From: Selenomonadaceae bacterium
GTDB lineage: Bacteria; Bacillota; Negativicutes; Selenomonadales; Selenomonadaceae
Assembly: GCA_017529085.1 (NCBI GenBank)
Contig: JAFXOC010000586.1
Span: 1 to 31,046 of the forward strand
Reading direction: 5' to 3'
DNA: 31,046 nucleotides
Under the pieces are notes generated by a model that was not told the DNA's origin, did not search any database, and was given only the letters and a program-made list of their open reading frames with translations. A program made the translations under genes and the position numbers. Numbering within the stretch: position 1 is the first letter of the stretch; each line of letters begins with the position of its first letter. Positions 1-9,210 of the stretch are shown here, piece by piece.

Positions 1-426
1 ACCGTGGACGAATACATGATATACGAAGCGAAAACGCTTGGAGCCAAGGCGTATTTGCTGATTGTGTCCTTATTGTCCGACGAAGAGTTAACGCGGTTTA
101 TCAAAATCGGCGACGACTTGGGAATAAGCGCATTGGTTGAGACGAGAACGGAAGAAGAAATAAAGCGAGCGTTAAAAGCGGGCGCGAGGATAATCGGCGT
201 GAACAACAGGAACTTGGAGGATTTTTCCGTCGACATGGAGCGGGGAAAAAGTTTGAGGGAACTTGTGCCGCCCGATATACTCTTTGTCACGGAAAGCGGG
301 GTAAAGACTGCGACCGATGTTAAAGCGATAAAAAACATGGGGGCAGACGCTGTGTTAATCGGCGAAACCATGATGAAAGCGGAGGATAAAAGGGCGAAGT
401 TGGAGGAACTAAAGGGCGAGTTATGA
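1..426 (+). CDS. trpC: Indole-3-glycerol phosphate synthase, 5'-truncated by the window edge
   Basis: Motifs LVET, IIGVNNRNL, VTESGV and LIGETMM; overlaps the trpF start (ATGA). Confidence 0.95.
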   Translation, partial: TVDEYMIYEAKTLGAKAYLLIVSLLSDEELTRFIKIGDDLGISALVETRTEEEIKRALKAGARIIGVNNRNLEDFSVDMERGKSLRELVPPDILFVTESGVKTATDVKAIKNMGADAVLIGETMMKAEDKRAKLEELKGEL

Positions 427-1052
427 CAAAGGTAAAATTTTGCGGATTGTCACGCATTGATGACATTATCGCCGCCAACGAAACAAAACCCGACTATATA
501 GGCTTTGTCTTTGCGGAAGGCAGCAAAAGACGCGTAAGTTTCGATGTTGCTTGCAAGTTAAAAACGGCTCTTTCCCAAAATATTAAATCCGTCGGCGTGT
601 TTGTGAATGAGGAAGTAAAGAAAACGGCGAATATCGCCAACGACGGGGTGATAGACATAATCCAGCTCCACGGCGACGAGGACGGGGAATATATTAAAAC
701 CTTGCGAAATTTAACGGATAAACCTATAATACAAGCCGTAATTCTAACCGACGAATTAAGCGTTGAAAAGGCGAATAAGAGCGCGGCGGATTTTGTCTTG
801 CTTGACGCGGGACGGGGCGAGGGTAAAACCTTTGATTGGGAATTGGCAAAAAAAATAACCCGCCCGTATTTTTTGGCGGGAGGATTAAACGAAAAAAACG
901 TAGCGGAAGCCGTGACAAAATTAAATCCTTACGCCGTGGACGTAAGCGGGGGAATTGAAACCAACGGGAAAAAAGACCAAGCAAAAATGAAAAGTTTTAT
1001 TCGAGTCATCAACGATATACCTAACAATGTATGGCGAAAGGAGTCTAAATGA
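423..1052 (+). CDS. trpF: Phosphoribosylanthranilate isomerase
   Basis: KVKFCGL, QLHGDE, LLDAG..G.GKTFDW, LAGGLN and VDVSGGIE motifs; operon position. Confidence 0.96.
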   Translation: MTKVKFCGLSRIDDIIAANETKPDYIGFVFAEGSKRRVSFDVACKLKTALSQNIKSVGVFVNEEVKKTANIANDGVIDIIQLHGDEDGEYIKTLRNLTDKPIIQAVILTDELSVEKANKSAADFVLLDAGRGEGKTFDWELAKKITRPYFLAGGLNEKNVAEAVTKLNPYAVDVSGGIETNGKKDQAKMKSFIRVINDIPNNVWRKESK

Positions 1053-1981
1053 AAAAAATTTTAACGATTATTACAACCGTATGCGTATTGAGTTTTTTTG
1101 CATTATCTGCCGATTGTCGGGCGGAAAGCGCCATACGCTATTTTACCCAAGGAAAAGATGTCAAAGGCAGCGATACGCCTTACGGCAACAATATTTCCAT
1201 AGGAAAATACGCGCAAACGGAGGACGCTAAAATTTACTATGAGGTATACGGCAAAGGAACGCCTGTCTTTATCTTCCACGGCGGCGGCGTGGGGACGCCT
1301 TACGAGATGGGAAAAATCATAGATAAACTTCGGAACGATTATCAAGTTACGGTAGTTTCCACACGAGGTCACGGACGCTCGGAAATTGGACACAATCCTC
1401 TGACTTACGAGCAAAAGGCGACCGATATGGCGGCGGTTATGGGGCAGGTTACGTCAAAACCCGCCGTTATAATTGGATTTAGCGACGGCGCGTACGCCGC
1501 ATATAAAGTCGCCGCCATGTTTCCCGAAAAGGTGGACAGAATTGTTGCCATTGGAGCGGGGACAGTCGAAAAAGGATTTTTTAAGGGCGATTTATTGGTA
1601 TCGGAACTTGAAAAAATCGATCCCGCTTTTGTGGCGCAGCAAAGGTTGATTATGCCTGAACCGGAGCGTTGGCAGGAATTTTGCTCCAATTATATGAAAT
1701 TCTGGCGAAGTATGGAAGTGGGTAAAAACCCGTTGTCGTATATAAAATGCCCCGTACTTTTAATAGCGGGGGACGAAGACGACCACGCGCCCATTGCGAC
1801 AATACTTAGCGCGCATCAGCTAATCCCAAATTCCAGACTTTGCATAGTCCCCAAAGCGTGGCACACGGCGTTTTTAGACAATTTTGACGTGACATGGACG
1901 GCAATCAATCAATTTCTGAGTACGAAACATCAAGATTTATTGCCAAGTAAAAAAGTAGAATATAATTCTCGTTATAAATAA
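1049..1981 (+). CDS. Alpha/beta-fold hydrolase with N-terminal signal peptide
   Basis: MKK plus hydrophobic stretch ending CRA-ESA; FHGG oxyanion loop, GFSDGA nucleophile elbow, GDEDD acid, WHTAF histidine. Confidence 0.88.
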   Translation: MKKILTIITTVCVLSFFALSADCRAESAIRYFTQGKDVKGSDTPYGNNISIGKYAQTEDAKIYYEVYGKGTPVFIFHGGGVGTPYEMGKIIDKLRNDYQVTVVSTRGHGRSEIGHNPLTYEQKATDMAAVMGQVTSKPAVIIGFSDGAYAAYKVAAMFPEKVDRIVAIGAGTVEKGFFKGDLLVSELEKIDPAFVAQQRLIMPEPERWQEFCSNYMKFWRSMEVGKNPLSYIKCPVLLIAGDEDDHAPIATILSAHQLIPNSRLCIVPKAWHTAFLDNFDVTWTAINQFLSTKHQDLLPSKKVEYNSRYK

Positions 1982-2035
1982 AAAATACAAAATAAACAAA
2001 TTTATCGAAACTATAAAAAAACCACAAAACTAACA

Positions 2036-2125
2036 ACAAACGCACCCGGGAGTCCAGAGGGCAATGCCCTTTGGCGGGGTCAAGGGGCAGCGCCCCTTGT
2101 AGGGTTTGGGGCGAAGCCCCAACAA
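2036..2125 (+). repeat. Repeat family A, copy 1 (three tandem GC-rich hairpins)
   Basis: acaaacgcacccgggagtccagagggc-aat-gccctttggcggggtcaaggggc-agc-gccccttgtagggtttggggc-gaa-gccccaacaa; homologous to 7275-7364 and 26634-26711. Confidence 0.92.
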
Positions 2126-2140
2126 GAGAAAGGAAATAAC

Positions 2141-3331
2141 ATGAACAATAGCGGAAGGTTTGGAGAGTTTGGCGGGCGGTACATACCGGAGACGCTGATG
2201 AATGCGGTTATAGAGTTAGAGGGAGCCTACTTCAAGTATAGGGAGGACGAGGGTTTTAGGAAAGAATTTGCGGAGCTTTTGGAGGATTACGGAGGCAGAC
2301 CGTCGAGACTTTATTTTGCAAGAAGGATGACCGAGGATTTGGGCGGCGCGAAAGTTTATTTGAAGCGGGAGGATTTGAACCATACCGGGGCGCATAAGAT
2401 AAACAACGTGCTTGGTCAGGCGTTACTTGCTAAGAAGATGGGGAAGACAAGACTTATTGCGGAGACCGGCGCGGGACAACACGGGGTTGCGACTGCGACG
2501 GCGGCGGCTCTGTTTGGTATGGAATGTGTTATTTATATGGGGGAGGAAGATACGAAGCGGCAGGCGTTGAATGTTTATCGAATGAAACTCTTGGGAGCAG
2601 AGGTTCACGCTGTTTCTGCGGGAACGGGAACGCTTAAGGACGCGGTGTCGGAAACTTTTCGGGAGTGGACGAGACGTATAGTCGATACGCATTATTGCTT
2701 GGGTTCTTGCATGGGACCTCATCCTTTTCCCACTATGGTGAGGGATTTTCAGTCGGTTATATCTAAGGAAATCAAGGAACAGATGTTGTTGAAGGAAGGC
2801 AGATTGCCGAACGCCGTTATAGCTTGCGTAGGCGGCGGATCTAACGCTATCGGCAGCTTTTATAATTTTATCGAGGATAAAGAAGTTGAATTAATCGGCT
2901 GCGAGGCGGCGGGTCGGGGGATTGATACTTTTGAGACGGCGGCGACGCTGAACGTGGGGAAGGTCGGAATTTTCCACGGCATGAAGTCTTATTTCTGCCA
3001 AGATAAATTCGGGCAGATAGCGCCCGTGTATTCGATTTCGGCGGGGTTGGATTATCCCGGGGTAGGCCCCGAACACGCGGATTTATTCAAAACGGGACGG
3101 GCTAAATATGTGGCGATTACGGACGAAGAAGCGGTGGAGGCTTTTGAATATCTGCCGAAGGTTGAAGGGATTATCCCCGCTATCGAATCGGCGCACGCAG
3201 TCGCTTACGCCATGAAAATCGCGCCTAACATGAGCAAAGATAAAATTATCGTTATAACAATATCGGGACGCGGCGACAAGGACTGCGCCGCTATAGCAAG
3301 GTTCAGGGAAGGAGTGGATATAGATGAATAG
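2141..3331 (+). CDS. trpB: Tryptophan synthase beta chain
   Basis: [26 protein letters not shown] (PLP lysine), [22 protein letters not shown]. Confidence 0.98.
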   Translation: MNNSGRFGEFGGRYIPETLMNAVIELEGAYFKYREDEGFRKEFAELLEDYGGRPSRLYFARRMTEDLGGAKVYLKREDLNHTGAHKINNVLGQALLAKKMGKTRLIAETGAGQHGVATATAAALFGMECVIYMGEEDTKRQALNVYRMKLLGAEVHAVSAGTGTLKDAVSETFREWTRRIVDTHYCLGSCMGPHPFPTMVRDFQSVISKEIKEQMLLKEGRLPNAVIACVGGGSNAIGSFYNFIEDKEVELIGCEAAGRGIDTFETAATLNVGKVGIFHGMKSYFCQDKFGQIAPVYSISAGLDYPGVGPEHADLFKTGRAKYVAITDEEAVEAFEYLPKVEGIIPAIESAHAVAYAMKIAPNMSKDKIIVITISGRGDKDCAAIARFREGVDIDE

Positions 3332-4979
3332 AATCGAAAAAGCCTTCGAGCAGGCGGGAAAAGCATTCATACCCTTTATAACCTGCGGGGACCCGAATTT
3401 AGAGACTACGGAGAAAATCATAAAAGCGGCGGCGGAGAACGGCGCGGACGTGATTGAACTGGGGATTCCGTTTTCAGACCCGACGGCTGAAGGAATCGTT
3501 ATACAGTCGGCGAATATCAGAGCGTTAAAGAGCGGGGTTACAACGGATAAAATCTTCGACCTGGTAAAAAGGGTAAGGCAGGAAGTGAAAATTCCGCTGG
3601 TGTTTATGACTTACGCCAACGTGATTTTCGCTTACGGACAAGATAAATTTTTCTCCGTTTGCCAAGAAGTCGGGATCGACGGGTTGATTTTGCCCGATTT
3701 GCCGTATGAGGAACGGGGCGAATTTGCCGATACGGCGAAAAAATACGGTGTCAGCCTTATATCAATGATAGCGCCCACGTCGGAAAAGAGGATCGCGGAA
3801 ATCGCAAGCGAGGCGGAAGGCTTTTTGTATATAGTGTCCAGTTTGGGCGTTACGGGAGTCAGAAGCGAGATAAAGACGGATTTAAACGCCGTCATGGATA
3901 TTGTAAGGGGATACGCAAAAATTCCCTGCGCCATAGGTTTTGGCATCAGCGACGCGGAGCAGGCGCGAAAAATGGCGGCGATAGCGGACGGGGTCATTGT
4001 GGGTTCGGCGATTGTGAAGCTTATCGAAAAGCACGGCGAGGATGCGCCGAAATTTGTAGGGGAATACGTTAAAAGCATGAAAGCCGCCGCTATGGAATCC
4101 ATAGGCGCGGGCGAAAAACGCATGGGGATATTAGGCCCGGCGGGTACGCACAGCGAGGCGGCGGCGGAATATTTTTGCAAGGTTACGAATGAAAATCCGA
4201 TTTTTACGAGATACGACGAAATTCACGAGGCTTTAGCCGCCGTTAAGGACGGGCGTATGGATTTGGCGTTCGTTCCCGTCGAAAATTCGCTTGAAGGCTC
4301 TATCAACATAACCCTTGACATTCTCGCCGCAAGCGACGATTTGAAAGTAACAAGGGAGCTTATATGGCCTGTTCGCAACTTCCTCATGGCAAAATGCGAC
4401 ATAAAAGACGTTAAATACATCTATTCCCATCCGCAGCCTATTTCACAATGTTTCGGCTACCTAAGCGAACATTTCCCATACGCCGAAATCGTAAAAGTCG
4501 CGAGCACGGCAAAGGCGGCGCAGATAGCGGCAAACGGCAAGGATAAGGGGATAGCCGCTATTTGCACGTTAAACGGCGGCAAACTTAATTCGCTTAATAT
4601 GTTGGCGGAAAATATCGAGGACAATCCCAACAACTGCACGAGATTTTTCGAGATAAAGCGAGCCGAGAACGCCGAAATTTTATCGGACGTTTCCAAAACT
4701 CTAATCATTTGTCAAATAGACGGACGTAAACCGGGGAGTCTTTGCGATGTGCTTACCGAGTTTAAAAACCGCAACGTAAACATGACCAGAATCGAATCGC
4801 GTCCAGCAAGAACGGAGCTTGGCGCGTATATCTTCTTTTTTGAGCTTGAAACCGCTTCCGACGATGATAATTTAAAATCTGCGCTTGAAGCTGTTAGAGA
4901 GAAAACCATTTGGCTGCGGAATTTGGGGGCGTTTCCGGTGATTGACGCTACTTTGGCAAAAAAAGCAAAAAACTGTTGA
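3324..4979 (+). CDS. trpA-pheA: Tryptophan synthase alpha chain fused to prephenate dehydratase (PDT + ACT)
   Basis: Residues ~1-255 are TrpA ([32 protein letters not shown]). Residues ~267-551 are PDT/ACT ([49 protein letters not shown]). No stop codon between them. Confidence 0.9.
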   Translation: MNRIEKAFEQAGKAFIPFITCGDPNLETTEKIIKAAAENGADVIELGIPFSDPTAEGIVIQSANIRALKSGVTTDKIFDLVKRVRQEVKIPLVFMTYANVIFAYGQDKFFSVCQEVGIDGLILPDLPYEERGEFADTAKKYGVSLISMIAPTSEKRIAEIASEAEGFLYIVSSLGVTGVRSEIKTDLNAVMDIVRGYAKIPCAIGFGISDAEQARKMAAIADGVIVGSAIVKLIEKHGEDAPKFVGEYVKSMKAAAMESIGAGEKRMGILGPAGTHSEAAAEYFCKVTNENPIFTRYDEIHEALAAVKDGRMDLAFVPVENSLEGSINITLDILAASDDLKVTRELIWPVRNFLMAKCDIKDVKYIYSHPQPISQCFGYLSEHFPYAEIVKVASTAKAAQIAANGKDKGIAAICTLNGGKLNSLNMLAENIEDNPNNCTRFFEIKRAENAEILSDVSKTLIICQIDGRKPGSLCDVLTEFKNRNVNMTRIESRPARTELGAYIFFFELETASDDDNLKSALEAVREKTIWLRNLGAFPVIDATLAKKAKNC

Positions 4980-5005
4980 CAACGACTTTTTTAATATGCT
5001 ATACT
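4976..5005 (+). promoter_or_regulatory. Sigma-70/SigA promoter for tRNA-Ser
   Basis: TTGACA (4976-4981, overlapping the trpA-pheA stop), 18-nt spacer, TGc-TATACT extended -10 (5000-5005), 11 nt upstream of the tRNA. Confidence 0.8.
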
Positions 5006-5016
5006 GTCTTAGTCAC

Positions 5017-5106
5017 GGAGAGTTGTCCGAGTGGTTGAAGGAGCACGACTGGAAATCGTGTGTGCGCTATCACGTACCGAGAGTTCGAATCTCTCACTCT
5101 CCGCCA
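5017..5106 (+). tRNA. tRNA-Ser (anticodon GGA)
   Basis: GGAGAGT/ACTCTCC acceptor stem with encoded GCCA end, anticodon arm cacga-CTGGAAA-tcgtg, long variable arm, GTTCGAATC T-loop. Confidence 0.96.
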
Positions 5107-5121
5107 TTTTAGATATTGATT

Positions 5122-5151
5122 AACCGCAGAGTTTTTGCTCTGCGGTTTTTT
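5122..5151 (+). terminator. Intrinsic terminator after tRNA-Ser
   Basis: aaccgcagag / ctctgcggtt 10-bp stem followed by a T run. Confidence 0.85.
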
Positions 5152-5180
5152 GTTCTGTGACTAAAGTTTTAATTTTTGTT

Positions 5181-5237
5181 CTTCACAGTCGACCTCCCCA
5201 CCGCCTGCGGTGATTCCCCCCCCCTTCAATGGAGGCT
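5181..5237 (-). repeat. Repeat family B, degenerate single unit
   Basis: Reverse complement resembles the gcctccc...gggggaccgcgaagcggtggaaggagagccgtgaag unit at 12362-12416. Confidence 0.55.
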
Positions 5238-5262
5238 ATAGATGCCGCGAATAACGAAAAGT

Positions 5263-6912
5263 TCACTTATTCACCTTGTATAGTCTTGCATACACTTCGC
5301 CGGCTTCGTAAATCCAACCTTTTTCATCTACTTCCTCATGCAAAAGCACCAAATTTTCATCGTACGGCGCAAGGTAAAAGAGCACCCCGTCTCCTTTTTC
5401 CACCAACAGATGTGTGAAATTATACTTTTTTATAAATTCCTTATAATCTATCGCGCCCGAGGTCAGATCATAGTATTCGCCTATTATGTTAAAAGCTAAT
5501 CCGCTGTTTTTCGGCGCAAATATCTCGGGTCTGCCGTCTATATAGCATTTTAAGCCGCGAAACTCGGGGTACGAACCGGAATTAAACCCCGTGAACAATC
5601 GAATATCCTCTATATCGTTGTTTTCAAGCAATATATCGACCGTATCTTTATATTTGGCGTTCGTATAATCCGTCGCGCTATACATTGACTGGAACGCCAG
5701 GTGAATAAAGATGAGAGACGGCAGCACAACCGCCAGAAATCCCTTTGTTCTCCTTAGATTATCATTTGACTTGTAAAAAGCCAAAAAGAAAATCAGCGAT
5801 ATAAAAACCCCCGCAAGGTAAAGTATATATACTACGGGCATAGGGGTCAGCGTCTCCATCGCAAAAAGTCGGTAGAAGATGTAAATATACAGCAAGATAA
5901 ACGGCAGAATTTTATAAAATCCCAGTTCCGTTTGAAAGAGTTTGAAACGATAATCTTTGAATGCGAATGGGAAGATAAGAGTTCCCATCATGTAAAACCA
6001 AAACATATTTCTTATCGAAAGAAGTCCCAGCAAGCCTATGCCCAAAAAGAGGAGGGTAAGGTAGAGCGGGATTTTTTTCTTTGCCAGCATAAAAAAGCCG
6101 AAAAATAGCGTTATGAAGAAAAATCTGAAATTTTTCTCGAAAGCGGGCGGTTTTATCTCGCTAATCCACGCGTGAACGCCGGGATCATACGAGGTAAACA
6201 GAAAGAACATCGCCTTTATTCCGTACGGGTTTATAAGAGCTATGACAAAAGAAGCGATTATCGCATAAACAAGCGGTTTAACGTCGAACTTTTCGCATAT
6301 GTATTCTTTGTCAATCTCAGTATACTTGTCCGCCAAAAAAGTTGCTATAAAGGGCAAAGTCAAAATGAAAATAAGAGGCCACACAGCGCAGTGTAGGTTT
6401 ACCGTTAAAAGCGAAGATATAGGAAGCGCAAAGAGATATTTTTTATCGTTGGTTTTGGCGTATTTGATAAGAAAAAAAACTTCCGTCAAGAACACGAGCG
6501 TGGATAAAATCTGAGGGCGAGTCAACAGGAACGAAGGTATGACGAAAACCCCAACGGCAAGGGTAAGCGCCTTTGAAACGGCAACATTGTTTTCAGTTAA
6601 AAGCGAGCAGGTTTTTTCGTAAACAAAAAGGGTACAAAAACCGATCAAAAATACAAACGTCATAAAAACTTCCGCGCCGAAATTATCGTAAAGCGCCCAA
6701 TAAATCACGTCCGTCAGCCATTGTTCAAGGACAAAGTTAATATTTTCGTGAAGGGTAAAAGGTTCGGTATAAGGAAAACCGTTCTCAAAGACAAAACGCC
6801 CGCTGTTTAATATAAACCAAAGATCGTTATCAAAAATCCAACGCATAAAAAGAAGCCCTGAAAAGGGCAGTAAAAAGAATAAAATTTTAGCACCGATGTT
6901 TCCTATATTCAA
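5263..6912 (-). CDS. Multi-pass membrane protein, probable GT-C-fold glycosyltransferase-like
   Basis: About 12 hydrophobic segments, early-loop DLWFILNSGRF motif, TRPQ and WISEIKP loops, soluble C-terminal domain with YIDGRPE. Confidence 0.6.
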   Translation of the reverse strand: MNIGNIGAKILFFLLPFSGLLFMRWIFDNDLWFILNSGRFVFENGFPYTEPFTLHENINFVLEQWLTDVIYWALYDNFGAEVFMTFVFLIGFCTLFVYEKTCSLLTENNVAVSKALTLAVGVFVIPSFLLTRPQILSTLVFLTEVFFLIKYAKTNDKKYLFALPISSLLTVNLHCAVWPLIFILTLPFIATFLADKYTEIDKEYICEKFDVKPLVYAIIASFVIALINPYGIKAMFFLFTSYDPGVHAWISEIKPPAFEKNFRFFFITLFFGFFMLAKKKIPLYLTLLFLGIGLLGLLSIRNMFWFYMMGTLIFPFAFKDYRFKLFQTELGFYKILPFILLYIYIFYRLFAMETLTPMPVVYILYLAGVFISLIFFLAFYKSNDNLRRTKGFLAVVLPSLIFIHLAFQSMYSATDYTNAKYKDTVDILLENNDIEDIRLFTGFNSGSYPEFRGLKCYIDGRPEIFAPKNSGLAFNIIGEYYDLTSGAIDYKEFIKKYNFTHLLVEKGDGVLFYLAPYDENLVLLHEEVDEKGWIYEAGEVYARLYKVNK

Positions 6913-6935
6913 GTTTTGTCACCTCTGTAAGCGTT

Positions 6936-8156
6936 TCAACCTTCTCCTATCTTCTCCGCCAATCTTTCAAAATCCTTCACAAAATTTACAATACTTCTTT
7001 GATAAGTCCTCCCCGAAAAAGCTATATGCGGCAACGGTATAAAAGGCGTACTCCCCGCTATCGCCTGATACATAGGATCCGCCACAATCAAATCCGCCGA
7101 TTGAAATTTTTCCTTAAGCTCCTTTTCACCCTCGAAAACCTCGTCCCCTTCCCTCATCAACACCTTCTCCGTCGAAGTCGCCGCGACAACGGTAATCTTA
7201 TCCCCAATCTCCTCCTCAATCGCCGCCGCCAACGACGCTGCCACTATACTTTCATGTATCAGATAAATTCGTTTTTGTTGGGCTCCGCCCAAACCCGCCA
7301 AAGGGCGCTGCCCTCTGGACTCCCGCCAAAGGGCTTTGCCCTCTGGACTCCCGGGTGCGTTTGTTTGAGTTTCGGTGTATAAGATTGAAGTTTGGTTATG
7401 TTTTATAATTTTTAGTAGTTTTTCTTTTAAACGTCCCACGGGAAGTCCTACGATATAAGGCGTTCCCCACGCTTTTTCCATAGCTTTTGCGGCGGCTAAC
7501 CCTCCGTAACTTACTACCACGTTCATTTTCGCTTTACTTGCCTTAAAAAGTTCGTCTAAGTCGCTTCCCATTGCGAATTTTGCCACCACCGGAACGTCGT
7601 TTTCTTCAAAAAATTCCACAATCGCCTTATCCGTTCCGTTTATGGCAAAATCTAAAGGAGTCAGTCCCAAAATATTTACGCCGTCCGGTTTTTCTTCAAC
7701 TTTTGGAATTTTTTCTGTTATCATATCCGCCAATTTTTTTAGAGCAAGTGAAATTCCAATCGAATAATCCCGCATTGAATTTGTGGGAAGCGAAAAAGTA
7801 GGAATTTTCGTGTTCTTTTCGATAACTCTGGCAATTCCCCTTAAATCTATTCCAAGCATGGCGGGCATCTGCGCCGACAACAACGCGACAAAACGCGGCT
7901 TTTGCAAAAGAGCCGTTTCTGTCACCTCGTCTATAAATTTTCTGTCATTTCCCAAGATAGCGTCCTGTTCGGTAAGTCCCGAAATATATAAAAGAGTTTT
8001 AGAATCAAACCATCGAGGCTCGTCGTGCGTCGTATAAGTAGAATTGCACCCCGAAGGGTCGTGCACCACTATCATCCCGCCAAGCTCAAAAAGCGCGCTA
8101 ATCGCCCCGAACACATCCGCCGAATATGTGGATATTATCGAATTTACCTGCTTCAT
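6936..8156 (-). CDS. Nitrogenase component 1-like oxidoreductase subunit (NifK/BchB-like position)
   Basis: LFELGGMIVVHDPSGCNSTY, GVNILGLTP, A..NVVVSYGG.AAA..M...WGTPY and ADLIVADP motifs; a single Cys; carries an in-frame repeat-A insert. Confidence 0.78.
   Translation of the reverse strand: MKQVNSIISTYSADVFGAISALFELGGMIVVHDPSGCNSTYTTHDEPRWFDSKTLLYISGLTEQDAILGNDRKFIDEVTETALLQKPRFVALLSAQMPAMLGIDLRGIARVIEKNTKIPTFSLPTNSMRDYSIGISLALKKLADMITEKIPKVEEKPDGVNILGLTPLDFAINGTDKAIVEFFEENDVPVVAKFAMGSDLDELFKASKAKMNVVVSYGGLAAAKAMEKAWGTPYIVGLPVGRLKEKLLKIIKHNQTSILYTETQTNAPGSPEGKALWRESRGQRPLAGLGGAQQKRIYLIHESIVAASLAAAIEEEIGDKITVVAATSTEKVLMREGDEVFEGEKELKEKFQSADLIVADPMYQAIAGSTPFIPLPHIAFSGRTYQRSIVNFVKDFERLAEKIGEG
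7275..7364 (-). repeat. Repeat family A, copy 2, intragenic and in frame (90 bp)
   Basis: Minus strand acaaacgcacccgggagtccagagggc-aaa-gccctttggcgggagtccagagggc-agc-gccctttggcgggtttgggc-gga-gcccaacaa; the first module is duplicated. Confidence 0.92.
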
Positions 8157-8385
8157 ATATGTCTCCGTTAATGTATAGTAATACCTGTTATATCTTATTT
8201 CTGCTTATAACGCTAAATTTCCTTTAAGCTTTTGAAGTTTTTACGTTACTATTCATAGGTCAAATCTTTCATCGCCTATAACAACGATTTTTTGATAATG
8301 TCTTAGATAAAACTTTACTAAAAAATACGTGTGCTGTATAATGGGAAAAAAACACAATACGAAAAATAGAAGGGATGACACAAAA

Positions 8386-8580
8386 ATGAAGAAAATTAGT
8401 TATACCGAACAAATTGATATTATTATTGATATGTTAAAAGAGGACATTCATAGATTAGATACGTTGCCTGATTTAGAAGCAAAAATCGAAGCGCATAAAG
8501 GATTAATGAATATTGGAGTTATGGATGAACATGGTAATTTGACTGCTCCATACGTTGCGTTGAGGAATCAATATGTATAG
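8386..8580 (+). CDS. Small acidic 64-aa protein, possible antitoxin/partner
   Basis: ATG at 8386 after agaaggga; overlaps the next gene by 8 bp; AT-rich. Confidence 0.6.
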   Translation: MKKISYTEQIDIIIDMLKEDIHRLDTLPDLEAKIEAHKGLMNIGVMDEHGNLTAPYVALRNQYV

Positions 8581-9181
8581 TAAAAAGACCAATCTTGTCT
8601 TTGGTTTTCACGGTTGCGATAAAGACATAAGAGATATAGTTATAAATGGCGGCGAATTAAAACCAAGCCTTAACTCGTATGATTGGCTTGGGAATGGTAT
8701 TTATTTTTGGGAGGCAGATCCGCAAAGGGCTCTTGAGTGGGCCAAGCAAGCCGCATTGAGAAAGTCCAGTTCAGTAAAGACACCGGCAGTTTTAGGAGCA
8801 ATTATAGATTTAGGGAATTGTCTTGATCTTATGAATCGACAATCGATTCCTATGTTGCAGTACGGCTATGAATGGTTAAAAATAAGTTACAAAAAGCAAT
8901 ATAAATCTCTACCTCAAAATAAAAATGTAAAAAATAATGCAGATATGCTTTATCGTGATTTGGATTGCGCTGTTATTCAAAAAATACATGAGTTGGCTAC
9001 TAAAAATCCAAATATGATGCCGTTTGATTCAGTTCGCGGATTATTTATTGAAGGCAAAGAACCTTATGCAGGTTCGGGTTTTAGAGAAAAAACTCATATT
9101 CAGTTATGTATAGTGAATCCTAATTGTATTAAAGGATATTTTCTTCCAAGGAAATTGAATAGCGAATATCAAATTCCGTAA
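8573..9181 (+). CDS. Putative ADP-ribosyltransferase-fold protein (DUF3990-like)
   Basis: FHGC, DWLGNGIYFWE, RALEWA and terminal HIQLCI match an H-Y-x ART strand arrangement; AT-rich. Confidence 0.5.
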   Translation: MYSKKTNLVFGFHGCDKDIRDIVINGGELKPSLNSYDWLGNGIYFWEADPQRALEWAKQAALRKSSSVKTPAVLGAIIDLGNCLDLMNRQSIPMLQYGYEWLKISYKKQYKSLPQNKNVKNNADMLYRDLDCAVIQKIHELATKNPNMMPFDSVRGLFIEGKEPYAGSGFREKTHIQLCIVNPNCIKGYFLPRKLNSEYQIP

Positions 9182-9210
9182 GGTTAATAGCTAAACCTAA
9201 AAATACCGCA

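Noticed and set aside
3474-3503. TrpA has AEG where the canonical catalytic motif is ADG
   Set aside because: I recall this variant in other firmicute TrpA sequences, so it is not treated as evidence of inactivation or novelty.
6953-6961. tctccgcca matching the tRNA-Ser 3' end as a possible att site
   Set aside because: Only 9 bp, inside a coding region, and no integrase is present; expected by chance.
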